Shown: positions 1 through 9,372 of the stretch, one piece after another
Position numbering within the stretch: position 1 is the stretch's first letter
Layout: each line of letters opens with the position of its first letter
IMG/VR virus record: IMGVR_UViG_3300026159_000398
Direction: 5' to 3' (one strand)
Length of the DNA: 64,000 nucleotides
From: a virus
Taxonomy: Duplodnaviria; Caudoviricetes
Position numbers and translations under genes: made by a program
The notes under the pieces: model-generated
Seen by the model: the letters and a program-made list of their open reading frames with translations, nothing else
The model's database searches: none
Told to the model about the DNA's origin: nothing

Positions 1-170
1 CTCCGCTTCAGCCACAGAATACAAGCTGCCAACTATCGTTCTGTGTCAACCTCTACTTCAGCGTATCCGTTTACCAGAAGTTTTCAATCGTGGCAGGGAT
101 TTACTTGCTTCTTCGTGTCCTGAGCACGGATTGCGATTAACACTCAGTAAGTCAAATCCAATATGGTCCT
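1..170 (-). ncRNA. probable tmRNA-like RNA, 5' part (runs off the left edge)
   Basis: Minus strand from 170 reads AGGACCA-TATT-GGA-TTTGAC, matching the tmRNA 5' pattern (GGGGACG-TTAC-GGA-TTCGAC; G at position 3). It is followed by GCAAGT and a pk1-like pseudoknot (AATC/GATT stem; loop TGCCA pairs with downstream TGGTA). It lies just downstream of a strong promoter and has no long ORF. The 3' tRNA-like end is outside the window. Confidence 0.5.
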
Positions 171-206
171 GCCCTTTAGGGCGTTCCAATCGTTGTTGAC
201 AGTTAT

Positions 207-245
207 ATTGTAACATTAACCTCGGTTTTTGTAAATACTTTTATT
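207..245 (-). promoter_or_regulatory. sigma70-like early promoter, copy 1
   Basis: AATAAAAGTA-TTTACA-N17-TACAAT. Near-identical copies occur at 24531 and 27859. Confidence 0.8.
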
Positions 246-513
246 ACCAATCTGTGGCATTTTGAATTAAACATGCGGCACCAAAAACTGCAGCCACGGC
301 TATGTCCATAAGTTCTTCATAGACAAAACTTTTTTCGTTGCTTTTGACAGCATCAATCAATTCATGATATTCTTCGGCAACAACACCAAGAATTTCATGG
401 GTTGATTTGAATGTGCCATTTCCTTTTTGTTTGAGACGGTATTCTAAATGCAATTTCAATTGATTCAACGCTTCATCAATTGAGACACTCACAATTGGCT
501 CTCTCATATTCAC
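244..513 (-). CDS. MazG-like NTP pyrophosphohydrolase (all-alpha)
   Basis: EEYHEL...EELMDI acidic helix pattern in an 89-aa protein. Confidence 0.55.
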   Translation of the reverse strand: MNMREPIVSVSIDEALNQLKLHLEYRLKQKGNGTFKSTHEILGVVAEEYHELIDAVKSNEKSFVYEELMDIAVAAVFGAACLIQNATDW

Positions 514-518
514 TCTCC

Positions 519-2453
519 TTACCTCAATTCACATGAACCTGAAGTACATGCGTATTCTTTTGCGCCTTCAGTAAAATCTTCTTTTTCATATTCTGACAAT
601 TTTGTAAAGTCAATTTGAATAGAATCTTTTACCATTTTGTTGTATGTCTCTTCATCGACGTCTTCGTATGGTGCGAGTTGATAAACGTGATCTGAAGCTG
701 GGAAAAATGTTAGACCACCAACATCATCAAAATTATCATACACCCAAGCGGCTGCGTAAATCCATTCATGTTCTTGAACTGTAACAGTGATGCTTGGATT
801 ATGTTCACACCAAAAGTCACGATACATTTTCCAAAACGCCAATTGCTCTTCAGTTGTTTCACCTTCTTTTGTACGAGCAGTTTTTGGTGCTTTACAAGGA
901 AATTCTAAAACCCATGTATTGCAGTTATCAGGAGACTGGCCAACTTCACATTTGAATTGGACTCCTTGATCTTTCATCATTCTGAAGAGTGGGTCTGTTG
1001 CTGAGATTCTGACTCTTCTGATATAATATCCTGTTCTTGTCTGTCTGACATGAGCTCCTGGGCTGCTGTCAACAAGGCTTGAAACAGTACCAGACGGCTT
1101 GACGCAAGTGATTGCAGCCGAACGGTTGATGGCGAGTTTTGCAGCAGTCTTCTTATTTTGGGCAATAGCCACGTGTTTAAGATCAGAGAGCCATTTTTTA
1201 GCAGTGTCGTTGACATGACCCAAGATTTTATGATCACGAACACCCGTAAGAGATACACCAAGTAGTCTTTCATCATCACAATTATCTCTCCATTCTTTAG
1301 AGATATATTTGAAATTAGTGAAAGAAGATTGCCATGTTCCCATCATTGTCGCCAATTTTACTTTCACTTTCAGAGTTTCAAACGTATCATCAGGGCGAAC
1401 AACAACTTCAGTCAGATTGCAGAGTTCCTTATTACGAAGAAGAACTTCACCACAAGGATTTGTTCCAATCATGAGAGTTTCATCACGTCTCTGATTTTCT
1501 GCGGCTTTCTTTTGAGCAGCAATACGATTGAAAATTCCACGCTCACCACTCTTGCTTTTATAAAGGTGTTTCCATTCTTCCAAAAAAGAAACGATATCAG
1601 GTTTTCTTGTGTAGGATACGCTATTGTTGGCCAACATGCGCTGTCCATTTATGTCAAAGAAATTTCCTGTCTTTGCGTTTGCCATTTGATTGTCTGTAAG
1701 ATCAGACATCGAAATGAGAGCAGAACGACGGACACCACCAACGACGACAATTTCAGCAATCTTGCAAACGATATCATGCACATCTATTGGTTGAAGTTGC
1801 ATGCCACGATTTTTTTCAACAAGAGCGGCAGTAAATTTCACAAGGTCCATCAATGGTTCTGGACCACTTGCTCTGCCACCAAAAGTTTTTAATCGTGCAC
1901 CACGTGGGCGGATTTTAGAATAGTCACATTTAAACGGAACTCCAGCCCAAAGAGCTTTGAGAACGAGCTCAAAACCTTTAGCCCATCCCATTTTAGAGTC
2001 TTCAAAGATGATTTCTATTTCTTTTGCTTCATCATTTTTGTCTTGAATGACTGGCAACTTATTGACGTATTTGCGTTCTACAGAAAAGCCAACTCCTGTT
2101 CCATTCATAAGAATGTAAAGGATTTCTGCAAAGTCTTTTAATGATTCGATAGTTGTAAAGGAACAATTGTATAATGCCAAATTATCTGCATCAGCAGCAA
2201 GTCCCGCACTCCATAAAGCTCTCATAGAAGGCATTACTTCGAGATTCACAATCGCGTTGTAGACGTCCTTGTACTCTTTATCGGAGATTTTATCTCCGAG
2301 CTTTTCCTTCATATAATCACAATATCTTTTTACTGTTTCACTCCATTGCTCTCTACGGCCCAAATCATCACGCCACCTTGAATAAGTTCGCACATAAACG
2401 AACTCTTGGAAATTATTCTTCTTCAACGCGATCATTTTAACTACAGCCTCCAT
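519..2453 (-). CDS. nrdJ: class II (adenosylcobalamin-dependent) ribonucleotide reductase
   Basis: RTYSR, MPSMRALW, YNCSF, GTGVG, GGVRRSA, TNPCGE, LCNLTE, CVKPSGT motifs and a C-terminal ACTSGSCE. Confidence 0.93.
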   Translation of the reverse strand: MEAVVKMIALKKNNFQEFVYVRTYSRWRDDLGRREQWSETVKRYCDYMKEKLGDKISDKEYKDVYNAIVNLEVMPSMRALWSAGLAADADNLALYNCSFTTIESLKDFAEILYILMNGTGVGFSVERKYVNKLPVIQDKNDEAKEIEIIFEDSKMGWAKGFELVLKALWAGVPFKCDYSKIRPRGARLKTFGGRASGPEPLMDLVKFTAALVEKNRGMQLQPIDVHDIVCKIAEIVVVGGVRRSALISMSDLTDNQMANAKTGNFFDINGQRMLANNSVSYTRKPDIVSFLEEWKHLYKSKSGERGIFNRIAAQKKAAENQRRDETLMIGTNPCGEVLLRNKELCNLTEVVVRPDDTFETLKVKVKLATMMGTWQSSFTNFKYISKEWRDNCDDERLLGVSLTGVRDHKILGHVNDTAKKWLSDLKHVAIAQNKKTAAKLAINRSAAITCVKPSGTVSSLVDSSPGAHVRQTRTGYYIRRVRISATDPLFRMMKDQGVQFKCEVGQSPDNCNTWVLEFPCKAPKTARTKEGETTEEQLAFWKMYRDFWCEHNPSITVTVQEHEWIYAAAWVYDNFDDVGGLTFFPASDHVYQLAPYEDVDEETYNKMVKDSIQIDFTKLSEYEKEDFTEGAKEYACTSGSCELR

Positions 2454-2645
2454 TTATTTGAGATAACGCTTTTGGACTCCCCTTATATTAAACTTGATAG
2501 GGACCTTGCCAAAAACTTGTTTTACGTTTTCTGCTGATTTACACTTCGGACAAATAGCTTTTTCTGGGCTATGGTCCTCATTCATTGACATGATTTTGTC
2601 AAAGGCCGTTTCACACTTTGAACACCTGTACTCATAAACTGGCAT
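2454..2645 (-). CDS. FmdB-family zinc-ribbon protein
   Basis: MPVYEYRCSKC...CPKC. Confidence 0.85.
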   Translation of the reverse strand: MPVYEYRCSKCETAFDKIMSMNEDHSPEKAICPKCKSAENVKQVFGKVPIKFNIRGVQKRYLK

Positions 2646-2648
2646 AAT

Positions 2649-3143
2649 TTACACCTTCACTATAATTTTTTTAATTGACTTATCTTCTGCAAAACCTTTG
2701 AATTCTTTACGATCATTAAGAAGTCGTTTGAAAATTTTATTCCACGGATCTTTTCTTTTGCGCATATTTTTGATGCGTGTGAAAAGCGAAGCATCAACAT
2801 ATACGACATTGTATTTACGACTGATTTTGTTGCCAAAATTTTCTATAAAATAGCGAATTCCAGCGGGGTCAATGACATACAAATCATAAATAGGATTTGC
2901 AATTTGTTCCAATGTTCCCCAATACCAGTTGCCATCAAAGAAAGTTTTAGCAGCAACATTTTTTTGTTTGCTATAGAGCCTTTCCCAAGTCTCCATTGAA
3001 ACAAATTCATGTTCGACACCAGCAGTTTCTTTTTCGCGTTTTGGTCGGGTTGTAAAGGAAGGAAGTGCGTTCAATTGAAACGCTTCGGCAATATAATTTT
3101 TGCCGCATCCACTCTTACCTACCAATAAAATAATTGGCCTCAT
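2649..3143 (-). CDS. guanylate kinase-like nucleoside monophosphate kinase
   Basis: P-loop GKSGCGK, SFTTRPKR, GVEHEF, YWGT. Confidence 0.85.
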   Translation of the reverse strand: MRPIILLVGKSGCGKNYIAEAFQLNALPSFTTRPKREKETAGVEHEFVSMETWERLYSKQKNVAAKTFFDGNWYWGTLEQIANPIYDLYVIDPAGIRYFIENFGNKISRKYNVVYVDASLFTRIKNMRKRKDPWNKIFKRLLNDRKEFKGFAEDKSIKKIIVKV

Positions 3144-3165
3144 TCGTTCTCTCCTATAAACAAGA

Positions 3166-3191
3166 ATTGATAGACCAACTAGTCTATCAAT
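3166..3191 (-). terminator. hairpin, probable intrinsic terminator or attenuator
   Basis: ATTGATAGAC/GTCTATCAAT 10-bp inverted repeat followed by a T-rich stretch on the minus strand. Confidence 0.5.
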
Positions 3192-3215
3192 CTTTTAATT
3201 AACAATCTTAAGAAA

Positions 3216-3596
3216 TTATATTCTCAGAAGTTTTTCTTTTTGTTTAGCATCCAGTTCAATAGGTTCTGCGTGGCTTATGGCATCGGCCTGCTGTTTGGTG
3301 AACTTAGGAATCAGGAATCGCTTTACGTTGTTTGTGAAGGCGATTCGACGACGAGCTTTACGATTATAGGCAGGAAGAGCCTTAATCAGATTTTGATGAT
3401 CATCGTACGCTTTAACTTCTTTATCATTCTTCTCTTGTGCTTTTTTGGAACGGCATTTCTTTGTGCGCATTGATTCAATTCGTTCTTTTTCAAGTTCGAG
3501 ATCGTTTACAATTGCGTCTGCCTTTTTTTGAAGTGTTACTTGATACGCAGCTTTGAGTTCTTGTGATTTCTTTTCTGTCTTTTTTCTGTGATGCAT
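3216..3596 (-). CDS. basic hypothetical protein
   Basis: 126-aa Lys-rich ORF with an AGGAG RBS. Confidence 0.65.
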   Translation of the reverse strand: MHHRKKTEKKSQELKAAYQVTLQKKADAIVNDLELEKERIESMRTKKCRSKKAQEKNDKEVKAYDDHQNLIKALPAYNRKARRRIAFTNNVKRFLIPKFTKQQADAISHAEPIELDAKQKEKLLRI

Positions 3597-3622
3597 TGTG
3601 TTCTCCTGTAGGAAAATAAAAT

Positions 3623-3687
3623 AAGCGGGGAGATTAAATAAATTTACTTTTCGCCGCGATGGTTCCGCCCCTTGATTCTCCCCGCTT
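3623..3687 (-). promoter_or_regulatory. structured 5' leader hairpin
   Basis: AAGCGGGGAGA/TCTCCCCGCTT 11-bp stem enclosing a GC-rich loop, in a ~150-nt leader behind the promoter at 3751-3781. Confidence 0.5.
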
Positions 3688-3773
3688 TTATGAAGAAAGT
3701 GTCAATGTTTCTTTCTCTTACTTTTTCATGGTGGCATTACCATCTATATAATTATATTTGCTTGACTATGATT

Positions 3774-5939
3774 TTATTTACGTTTTAATGCTTCCTTCAA
3801 ATTTTTTTGTGTTGTAGCGCTCACAGTTCTTGGCCGAAAATTATTAAATTTTTTCTGAGGTTCATAATCTTTTTTCATAACCAAATTGAAGAAGTCATTA
3901 TTCTTGGAAATGTGCATAATTTCATAGGCACCTTTCTTAAAATCCATCATGTTATTGTTCCAATCAAAAATATTGAACACTTCCAAAGAATTTAAACATT
4001 GTACTTTAAACATGACGTACGGTTTTTTCTTGGCAGTAACTTTATTTTTAACTTCAACAATATGAACAGCCACATTGTATTTATCACCATTCTGAAAATC
4101 AGTTACTGGCATGCATTGTTTTGCAGCTTTTACAAGTGGATGAACATTTGTAATAGCCGTACCAAGATACTTGGCTTCAAGCATTGCCAATTTTTCAGTA
4201 TCATCTATCAATGTTCCAAGGTTGACACCTTCTTTTACCAGCGCCGCATGAACTTCTGGAATAGTTCCAAATTCAGCAAATGCGCATGTATAAAGAAGAG
4301 CTACCATGACACGTTTATTCAATGATTTAGTATTTAAACGACTGCAAAAATCTTTAATGCTTTTGTATTTGCCATTCGCTTCACGCTCAGCAACAATACG
4401 ATTGCTAGCATCACCAACATTCATGATGGCTCTCAATCCATAACGAATTGATTTACCTTCAATTTGAAATGAAGCACTTGATTTGTTGATGTTTGGAGGC
4501 AACACTTTTATTTTTGTTTCACGATTGATTGCAAGAATATAAGATGTCACCTTCTCAAGATTTGCTTGTTCATAAATCAACGAACCAGTCCAGAATTCAA
4601 GAGGATAATAATGCTTGAGCCACATAGCATCATACGTATTCTGAGTGTAGGCAACAGCATGAAGTTTTGAAAACAAATACGCTGTGGCTGCAATCAGCAT
4701 CTTTATAAATCCATATTTAGGAGTATAAAGATTGTTGTCGTTGTCAAGCTTGCCATTAAGAAACGCTTGAAGATTTTTATCTTTTGACTGCCATCCATCT
4801 TGTTTGAGATATGGCAGAAAGAATTCATTTAAGAATCCCATAAATGCTGTGTGCCATTTTTTGAGAGCTTCAGGATTTCCTTGAATAGAACCAAGACGAC
4901 CACATTTAACATTATGCGCTTCAAGGAATTTACGAGCACGGTTACCATCAGCAAAAGTCTTACGACCTTTGGAGATCTTTTTAACAAGCTCAGCAACTTG
5001 CTCTTGGTAAATCAAGACACCGTATGAATCACTGAGCACATCAACGCAAATGTTATACAGTTCGTCATTGACTATTTCTTCACGAAGACGAGTTTTCCAA
5101 TAATCGGTGTTGCCCATCTGTATTTCTTCAACATAAGATTTGTACAGATTGTAAGTATCTCGGCCATCTTCTGAGCCGATAATGCGAAGAATACTGCTAG
5201 CATTTGCTAACTCCATAAAATTCATAGGTTTAAGGTCTTCAAAAAGACGCTTGCCAAGTTGTGTTTCAAATTGGAAAATGTTTCGATGCTTATTCATCAA
5301 AACCACATCGCGATAAACTTCTTCATCCTCAACAAGAATTGGAGCATAAGGGTCCATGCCCAACATCTCTTTTATTTTGTGGTTCTGACCTGCAGTAGTG
5401 AGACCAAGAAGGTCATATTTGACGAGACCAATTGGTTGCAACTCATCTTTGGTCCAAAGAGTTGCAATACGTCCTTCATCAGAAGAACGCTGAAGTGCGC
5501 AATAATGAGTGATAGGATATTTGCGGTCAGTTACAACAACGCCACCAGCATGAACACCAAGACCAGAAACGGTTCCAACAATTGCGTCGACTTTATCAAC
5601 CAATTCTGGATATCTGGCAAAAAACGCCGCTACTTTTTTATTCTGCTTGATGTTCTCTTTTGCTGTTATTGCATCATTATACTCTTTTGTACATGCAATC
5701 GTTTCAGAAGCGGGAATATTATAAACTTGGCCTAAATCTCGAATAACAGATTTAGGTGAATAGGTAAGACGGTTCCCAACATAAGCAACATGATCTTGGC
5801 CGTATTTTTCAACGAGATAATTCACTAACTCGTCTTTACCAGACCCGAAGTCGGTATCCACGTCCGGGTATGTAATATCTGGTTTTTTTATAATAATATT
5901 TTTAACTTTTATTGTTTTCATTTTTAATACATTTACCAT
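3774..5939 (-). CDS. dnaE: DNA polymerase III alpha (DnaE), C-terminal catalytic part of a split gene
   Basis: YPDVDTDF, GVHAGGVV, GLVKYDLLGL, IFQFE, YGVLIYQEQ, YLFSKLHAVAY, LPPNINKS, IRYGL. The real start may be Met7 at 5921. Confidence 0.93.
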   Translation of the reverse strand: MVNVLKMKTIKVKNIIIKKPDITYPDVDTDFGSGKDELVNYLVEKYGQDHVAYVGNRLTYSPKSVIRDLGQVYNIPASETIACTKEYNDAITAKENIKQNKKVAAFFARYPELVDKVDAIVGTVSGLGVHAGGVVVTDRKYPITHYCALQRSSDEGRIATLWTKDELQPIGLVKYDLLGLTTAGQNHKIKEMLGMDPYAPILVEDEEVYRDVVLMNKHRNIFQFETQLGKRLFEDLKPMNFMELANASSILRIIGSEDGRDTYNLYKSYVEEIQMGNTDYWKTRLREEIVNDELYNICVDVLSDSYGVLIYQEQVAELVKKISKGRKTFADGNRARKFLEAHNVKCGRLGSIQGNPEALKKWHTAFMGFLNEFFLPYLKQDGWQSKDKNLQAFLNGKLDNDNNLYTPKYGFIKMLIAATAYLFSKLHAVAYTQNTYDAMWLKHYYPLEFWTGSLIYEQANLEKVTSYILAINRETKIKVLPPNINKSSASFQIEGKSIRYGLRAIMNVGDASNRIVAEREANGKYKSIKDFCSRLNTKSLNKRVMVALLYTCAFAEFGTIPEVHAALVKEGVNLGTLIDDTEKLAMLEAKYLGTAITNVHPLVKAAKQCMPVTDFQNGDKYNVAVHIVEVKNKVTAKKKPYVMFKVQCLNSLEVFNIFDWNNNMMDFKKGAYEIMHISKNNDFFNLVMKKDYEPQKKFNNFRPRTVSATTQKNLKEALKRK

Positions 5940-6504
5940 GTTTGTATGCTGGATTTTTGATGCCTTTTCGACATTCTTTTTGTTTTTGACGCCATTCTAA
6001 ATATTTTTTGTTACCTTCTTTTTCACCATATTTGTTAACTAATCGTTGCAACATGGAAATACCATGCATTGGATTTTTCTCTTTCTTGAGACCTTTTGAT
6101 GCTGATAATTGTTGGTTTAATTTTTGAGCATTTTCTTTACCATAACGTTTTTCCCAAATTTGTAAATACGAAAATCCGACAGTTCCTCCGCCACCATCGG
6201 TCATATTATATCCATAAATAGGATTTCTACTTTGAAAAAATTCAATGCAAGTTTTTTCCGCTTCGTCAAGTTCATTTTGTGTTGAACATTCGCCAAGAAT
6301 TTTCCACTGAAAATTTAATTTACCGTATTTGCGAATTGCTCGATAAAAATATCTACCATCGCCACCAAATTGTAAATCATGATTTTTGATCGCTTTCACA
6401 AAATGTTTGTGAATATAAGCGATTGGGTCTGGATAAATAGTTTGTCCTACATAAACTTTATGATTCTGGATATTTTGAATTAAATAAATAATTCCGTATG
6501 GCAT
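5902..6504 (-). CDS. GIY-YIG homing endonuclease (free-standing)
   Basis: GIIYLIQN...KVYVGQT, AIRKYG, GYNMTDGG, KNPMHG/KNPAYK NUMOD-like repeats. Confidence 0.9.
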   Translation of the reverse strand: MPYGIIYLIQNIQNHKVYVGQTIYPDPIAYIHKHFVKAIKNHDLQFGGDGRYFYRAIRKYGKLNFQWKILGECSTQNELDEAEKTCIEFFQSRNPIYGYNMTDGGGGTVGFSYLQIWEKRYGKENAQKLNQQLSASKGLKKEKNPMHGISMLQRLVNKYGEKEGNKKYLEWRQKQKECRKGIKNPAYKHGKCIKNENNKS

Positions 6505-6510
6505 GATAAT

Positions 6511-6599
6511 TACCTCGTAAATAATTATAAGAAAAAATGAGAGGAAGTTAGATTTAATATTACGAGTATCAAATCAACACCGGCCAGTGCTGTCCTTCC
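6511..6599 (-). promoter_or_regulatory. three-way-junction leader RNA whose loop is complementary to the SD of the GIY-YIG gene
   Basis: GGAAG/CTTCC closes AGCAC/GTGTT and GATTTGATA/TATTAAATC stems. Loop CTCGTAA is complementary to TTACGAG at the SD. Confidence 0.55.
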
Positions 6600-6630
6600 A
6601 TATATAATTATATTATCATTGTCATAAATA

Positions 6631-6661
6631 ATTATATAATTTTTCTATGATGTTTGTTTAG
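6631..6661 (-). promoter_or_regulatory. phage promoter CTAAA-N20-TATAAT
   Basis: Exact 20-nt spacing; recurs many times in the window. Confidence 0.7.
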
Positions 6662-6665
6662 GAAT

Positions 6666-7067
6666 TTATTTTCCTAATGATTCTGTATAGGTTTTTTGTG
6701 GAACTCCTTCTTTTTTATCAGTAAGGAAAATGAACTTTGGATAAACTATCCACTGATGATACATATCAATTTTTGTTAATGTGAAAGTGCAAATATCCAA
6801 AGTATTTATGAATTTCACCATTTCATCATTGGTTGAAAAATCTTTAAATTCATATGACCATTTGCCATTCCAATATTGTTGTTGACCAATTACATTCATA
6901 TTCATAGCACCGGAACTTGCGTAGCTATTTGATGTTGAAGTATTGGTAATATATTCGTTGCGAGTTACTTTGATGCCCTTCATGAAAACTTGTACGACAT
7001 TTCCAGCAATTGAAAGAGCAAGAAGAATCGCAAGAATAATTATTGCTTTTGATTTTAACCATTCCAT
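6666..7067 (-). CDS. membrane-anchored hypothetical protein
   Basis: Likely start MEWLKSK at 7067, followed by a hydrophobic helix. The longer 7181 start overlaps the upstream gene. Confidence 0.65.
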   Translation of the reverse strand: MEWLKSKAIIILAILLALSIAGNVVQVFMKGIKVTRNEYITNTSTSNSYASSGAMNMNVIGQQQYWNGKWSYEFKDFSTNDEMVKFINTLDICTFTLTKIDMYHQWIVYPKFIFLTDKKEGVPQKTYTESLGK

Positions 7068-7071
7068 AATT

Positions 7072-7353
7072 TTACCAATCTCCTGAGGCACCACCGCCGC
7101 CAAAATCTCCACCACCACCATCGAAGCTATCGCTACTTCCAAAATCAGAGGAACCACCGATATCGATTCCGCCAATATCATCTATAAGAGATGATGCGAC
7201 AGCGCCAATTACAAGAGCATCAACGATGTCAATGCCACCATCTGAACGATGACGAATATTTTCTTCAACCCTTTTCCTTTCCATAGGAGGAAGAGTTGAA
7301 AGGCGTCTCTTAAATTCAGACGCTTCAAGCCGACTGAGTTTTTTCGCTTTCAT
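7072..7353 (-). CDS. small protein with Gly-rich C-terminal GGGGASGDW motif
   Basis: FDGGGGDFGGGGASGDW terminus, as in TPM/YgcG-type tails. Confidence 0.7.
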   Translation of the reverse strand: MKAKKLSRLEASEFKRRLSTLPPMERKRVEENIRHRSDGGIDIVDALVIGAVASSLIDDIGGIDIGGSSDFGSSDSFDGGGGDFGGGGASGDW

Positions 7354-7549
7354 TGTATATCACACTCTCCTTTTCATCAGGTTTTTGTTCTTCATTTGTT
7401 TTAATAGCTCCAGCACACATTCCAGCAACATTAGCAATTGTTGTAGTGGCTATTACCAAAGATTTGACTTTGTCTTTTTCATCTTGAATTTTATCTAACT
7501 GAGTACTGAGATATTCAAGAATTTTTATGAGGACGTCTTTTTCAGCCAT
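7325..7549 (-). CDS. hypothetical protein
   Basis: ORF with AAGGA RBS in the gene chain. Confidence 0.6.
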   Translation of the reverse strand: MAEKDVLIKILEYLSTQLDKIQDEKDKVKSLVIATTTIANVAGMCAGAIKTNEEQKPDEKESVIYNESEKTQSA

Positions 7550-7568
7550 TGTAATTTCCTTTTAATAA

Positions 7569-7790
7569 TTAAATACTGAAAGCAGGTTTATTTTTAATTA
7601 AACCTTCACTTTCACTTCGTTGCCTCTGTTCTTCTTCAAATTGTGCTAAATCTCTTTCGGTGTAAACTTTTCCATTGAAAGCAAAAAAAACCAGACCGCA
7701 GTCCAAACAGCAAAAATCGGTTTTATCTGATGTTACAATATCACCAGATGCCATCAAAAGTTCTGTTGAACCGCAGTCAGGACATTTCAT
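7569..7790 (-). CDS. zinc-ribbon protein
   Basis: CPDC...CLDCG. Confidence 0.65.
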   Translation of the reverse strand: MKCPDCGSTELLMASGDIVTSDKTDFCCLDCGLVFFAFNGKVYTERDLAQFEEEQRQRSESEGLIKNKPAFSI

Positions 7791-8008
7791 CTTTTCCTCA
7801 TCATAATGTCTTCACATTCTTGGCTGCAGCAATAAACACCGTTTATTACCACATTCGTTATCCTTCCGCAAAAATCGCAACGACTTTGTTTTGCGGCAAC
7901 TTCACGCGTAGGACCAGGAATTCTTCCCGTCTCGTCGATTTGGGTATTTTTACCAACGACGATTTTCTTTGCTGTTGTCTTTTTTGTGGTCTTTTTTGTT
8001 TTAGCCAT
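7787..8008 (-). CDS. small zinc-binding hypothetical protein
   Basis: CDFC...CCSQEC; overlaps both neighbours. Confidence 0.6.
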   Translation of the reverse strand: MAKTKKTTKKTTAKKIVVGKNTQIDETGRIPGPTREVAAKQSRCDFCGRITNVVINGVYCCSQECEDIMMRKR

Positions 8009-8567
8009 TTTGTAACTCCTTTAAAAGATCTTCGAACTGTTTGATGGTGCTTTCAGCGTTTACATAATGAATCGCTACACCACCTTTTTTTCGCCATGCT
8101 TGTACGTTTAATTCATTATCATCAATTAGAATGTCATCTTTGTTTTCACAAAAACCTGTTTTGTCCATTTTTCTGTGATCAACTGGGTCAAGAGTAATAG
8201 TGATTAGTGGAACATCACGACCCAGATATTTATCAATCCATTTGCGTTTTCCTTGCTTGGCTTTAATAAGGACATCTGTGTAATGCGGAACAGCCGTCAA
8301 AATTGATGGATTAAATTCCATTATAACTTTTTTCAACTTAGAAAAACCAGGCATTGGAGGAATGGTTTCCCAGAATCTAGGTTCAATTTCAAGCACTCCC
8401 CAAAAATCGTGGTTCCATTTAAGTTCAGCTTCATCTTTATCGAGACCTATTTTCATCATTCTTTCTACATACCGATCTCGATACGGGTATGGCTTTAGAC
8501 CAGTAATTCGTCTAAAGGCTTCATCAAAATCTGCAAGCGTATGGTCCTGATCAACAAATAGTCTCAT
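8001..8567 (-). CDS. HAD-family 5'(3')-deoxyribonucleotidase
   Basis: FVDQDHTLADF (DxD motif), ILTA, K..W, ILIDD...N...W...GG. Confidence 0.8.
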   Translation of the reverse strand: MRLFVDQDHTLADFDEAFRRITGLKPYPYRDRYVERMMKIGLDKDEAELKWNHDFWGVLEIEPRFWETIPPMPGFSKLKKVIMEFNPSILTAVPHYTDVLIKAKQGKRKWIDKYLGRDVPLITITLDPVDHRKMDKTGFCENKDDILIDDNELNVQAWRKKGGVAIHYVNAESTIKQFEDLLKELQNG

Positions 8568-9331
8568 TACGCCTCCAATATAGATATTTTGTAAGCAAAA
8601 TTTGTTTTAGTTATTTTTATTAAATTTTCTGATTTCAAAATTTTTAATCTATTGGTTACTGCGTTGTAACTTAGTTTGCCATCAAAATATTTTATAATTT
8701 CATTTTTAGTATGACAACCATCTTGAATTGCTTTCAAAATTTGTTCTTTAGAAATAGAATTTATCAATGGTCTTTCACATTGTTTTTGATTTTTTGATTT
8801 TCGTTTTTCAAACATTATATTGCGCGCAATATCAATACCTGCGTTTTTTAAACGATTTTCAATTGCTCTTCGTGAACATGAAAATTGTTCGGCAATTTTT
8901 TGAAGACTATAACCATCTTTACGCATTTTAATCATTTGTGGAATATATTGATCTAGTCTTTCATTATAACACCAATGATTTTTTCCACTTATTGTATTGC
9001 TTATGTTTTTTCTACGTTTCATTTCAACTTCATAATCTAACACATTACCAAATTGTCCACCTGACATGATGTTATAACCAGTTTTGCAAGTGTCATAAAA
9101 ATCAATCCAATAAATTTCTTTTTTGTTTAATTCTTCTTTACTAATCGCGTTATCCAAAATATAACAAGAAAAATTTTCTAATTTATATTTCTTAAATGCT
9201 CTTCTTAATTTGACATTATGACTATAATATTTAACATGGCCAACAATTCTACCTTCTAAAGAATTTTTCGTTTGACCGATATATCTTTTTTGATTTATGT
9301 TGTTTATAATGCAATAAATTATTCCATACAT
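8567..9331 (-). CDS. GIY-YIG homing endonuclease with C-terminal HTH
   Basis: GIIYCIIN...KRYIGQT, GYNIMSGG, SLQKIAEQFSCSRRAI helix-turn-helix. Confidence 0.9.
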   Translation of the reverse strand: MYGIIYCIINNINQKRYIGQTKNSLEGRIVGHVKYYSHNVKLRRAFKKYKLENFSCYILDNAISKEELNKKEIYWIDFYDTCKTGYNIMSGGQFGNVLDYEVEMKRRKNISNTISGKNHWCYNERLDQYIPQMIKMRKDGYSLQKIAEQFSCSRRAIENRLKNAGIDIARNIMFEKRKSKNQKQCERPLINSISKEQILKAIQDGCHTKNEIIKYFDGKLSYNAVTNRLKILKSENLIKITKTNFAYKISILEA

Positions 9332-9372
9332 ATTAAAACCTCTCTAATGGTATATTTACCATTTGAGCGATT

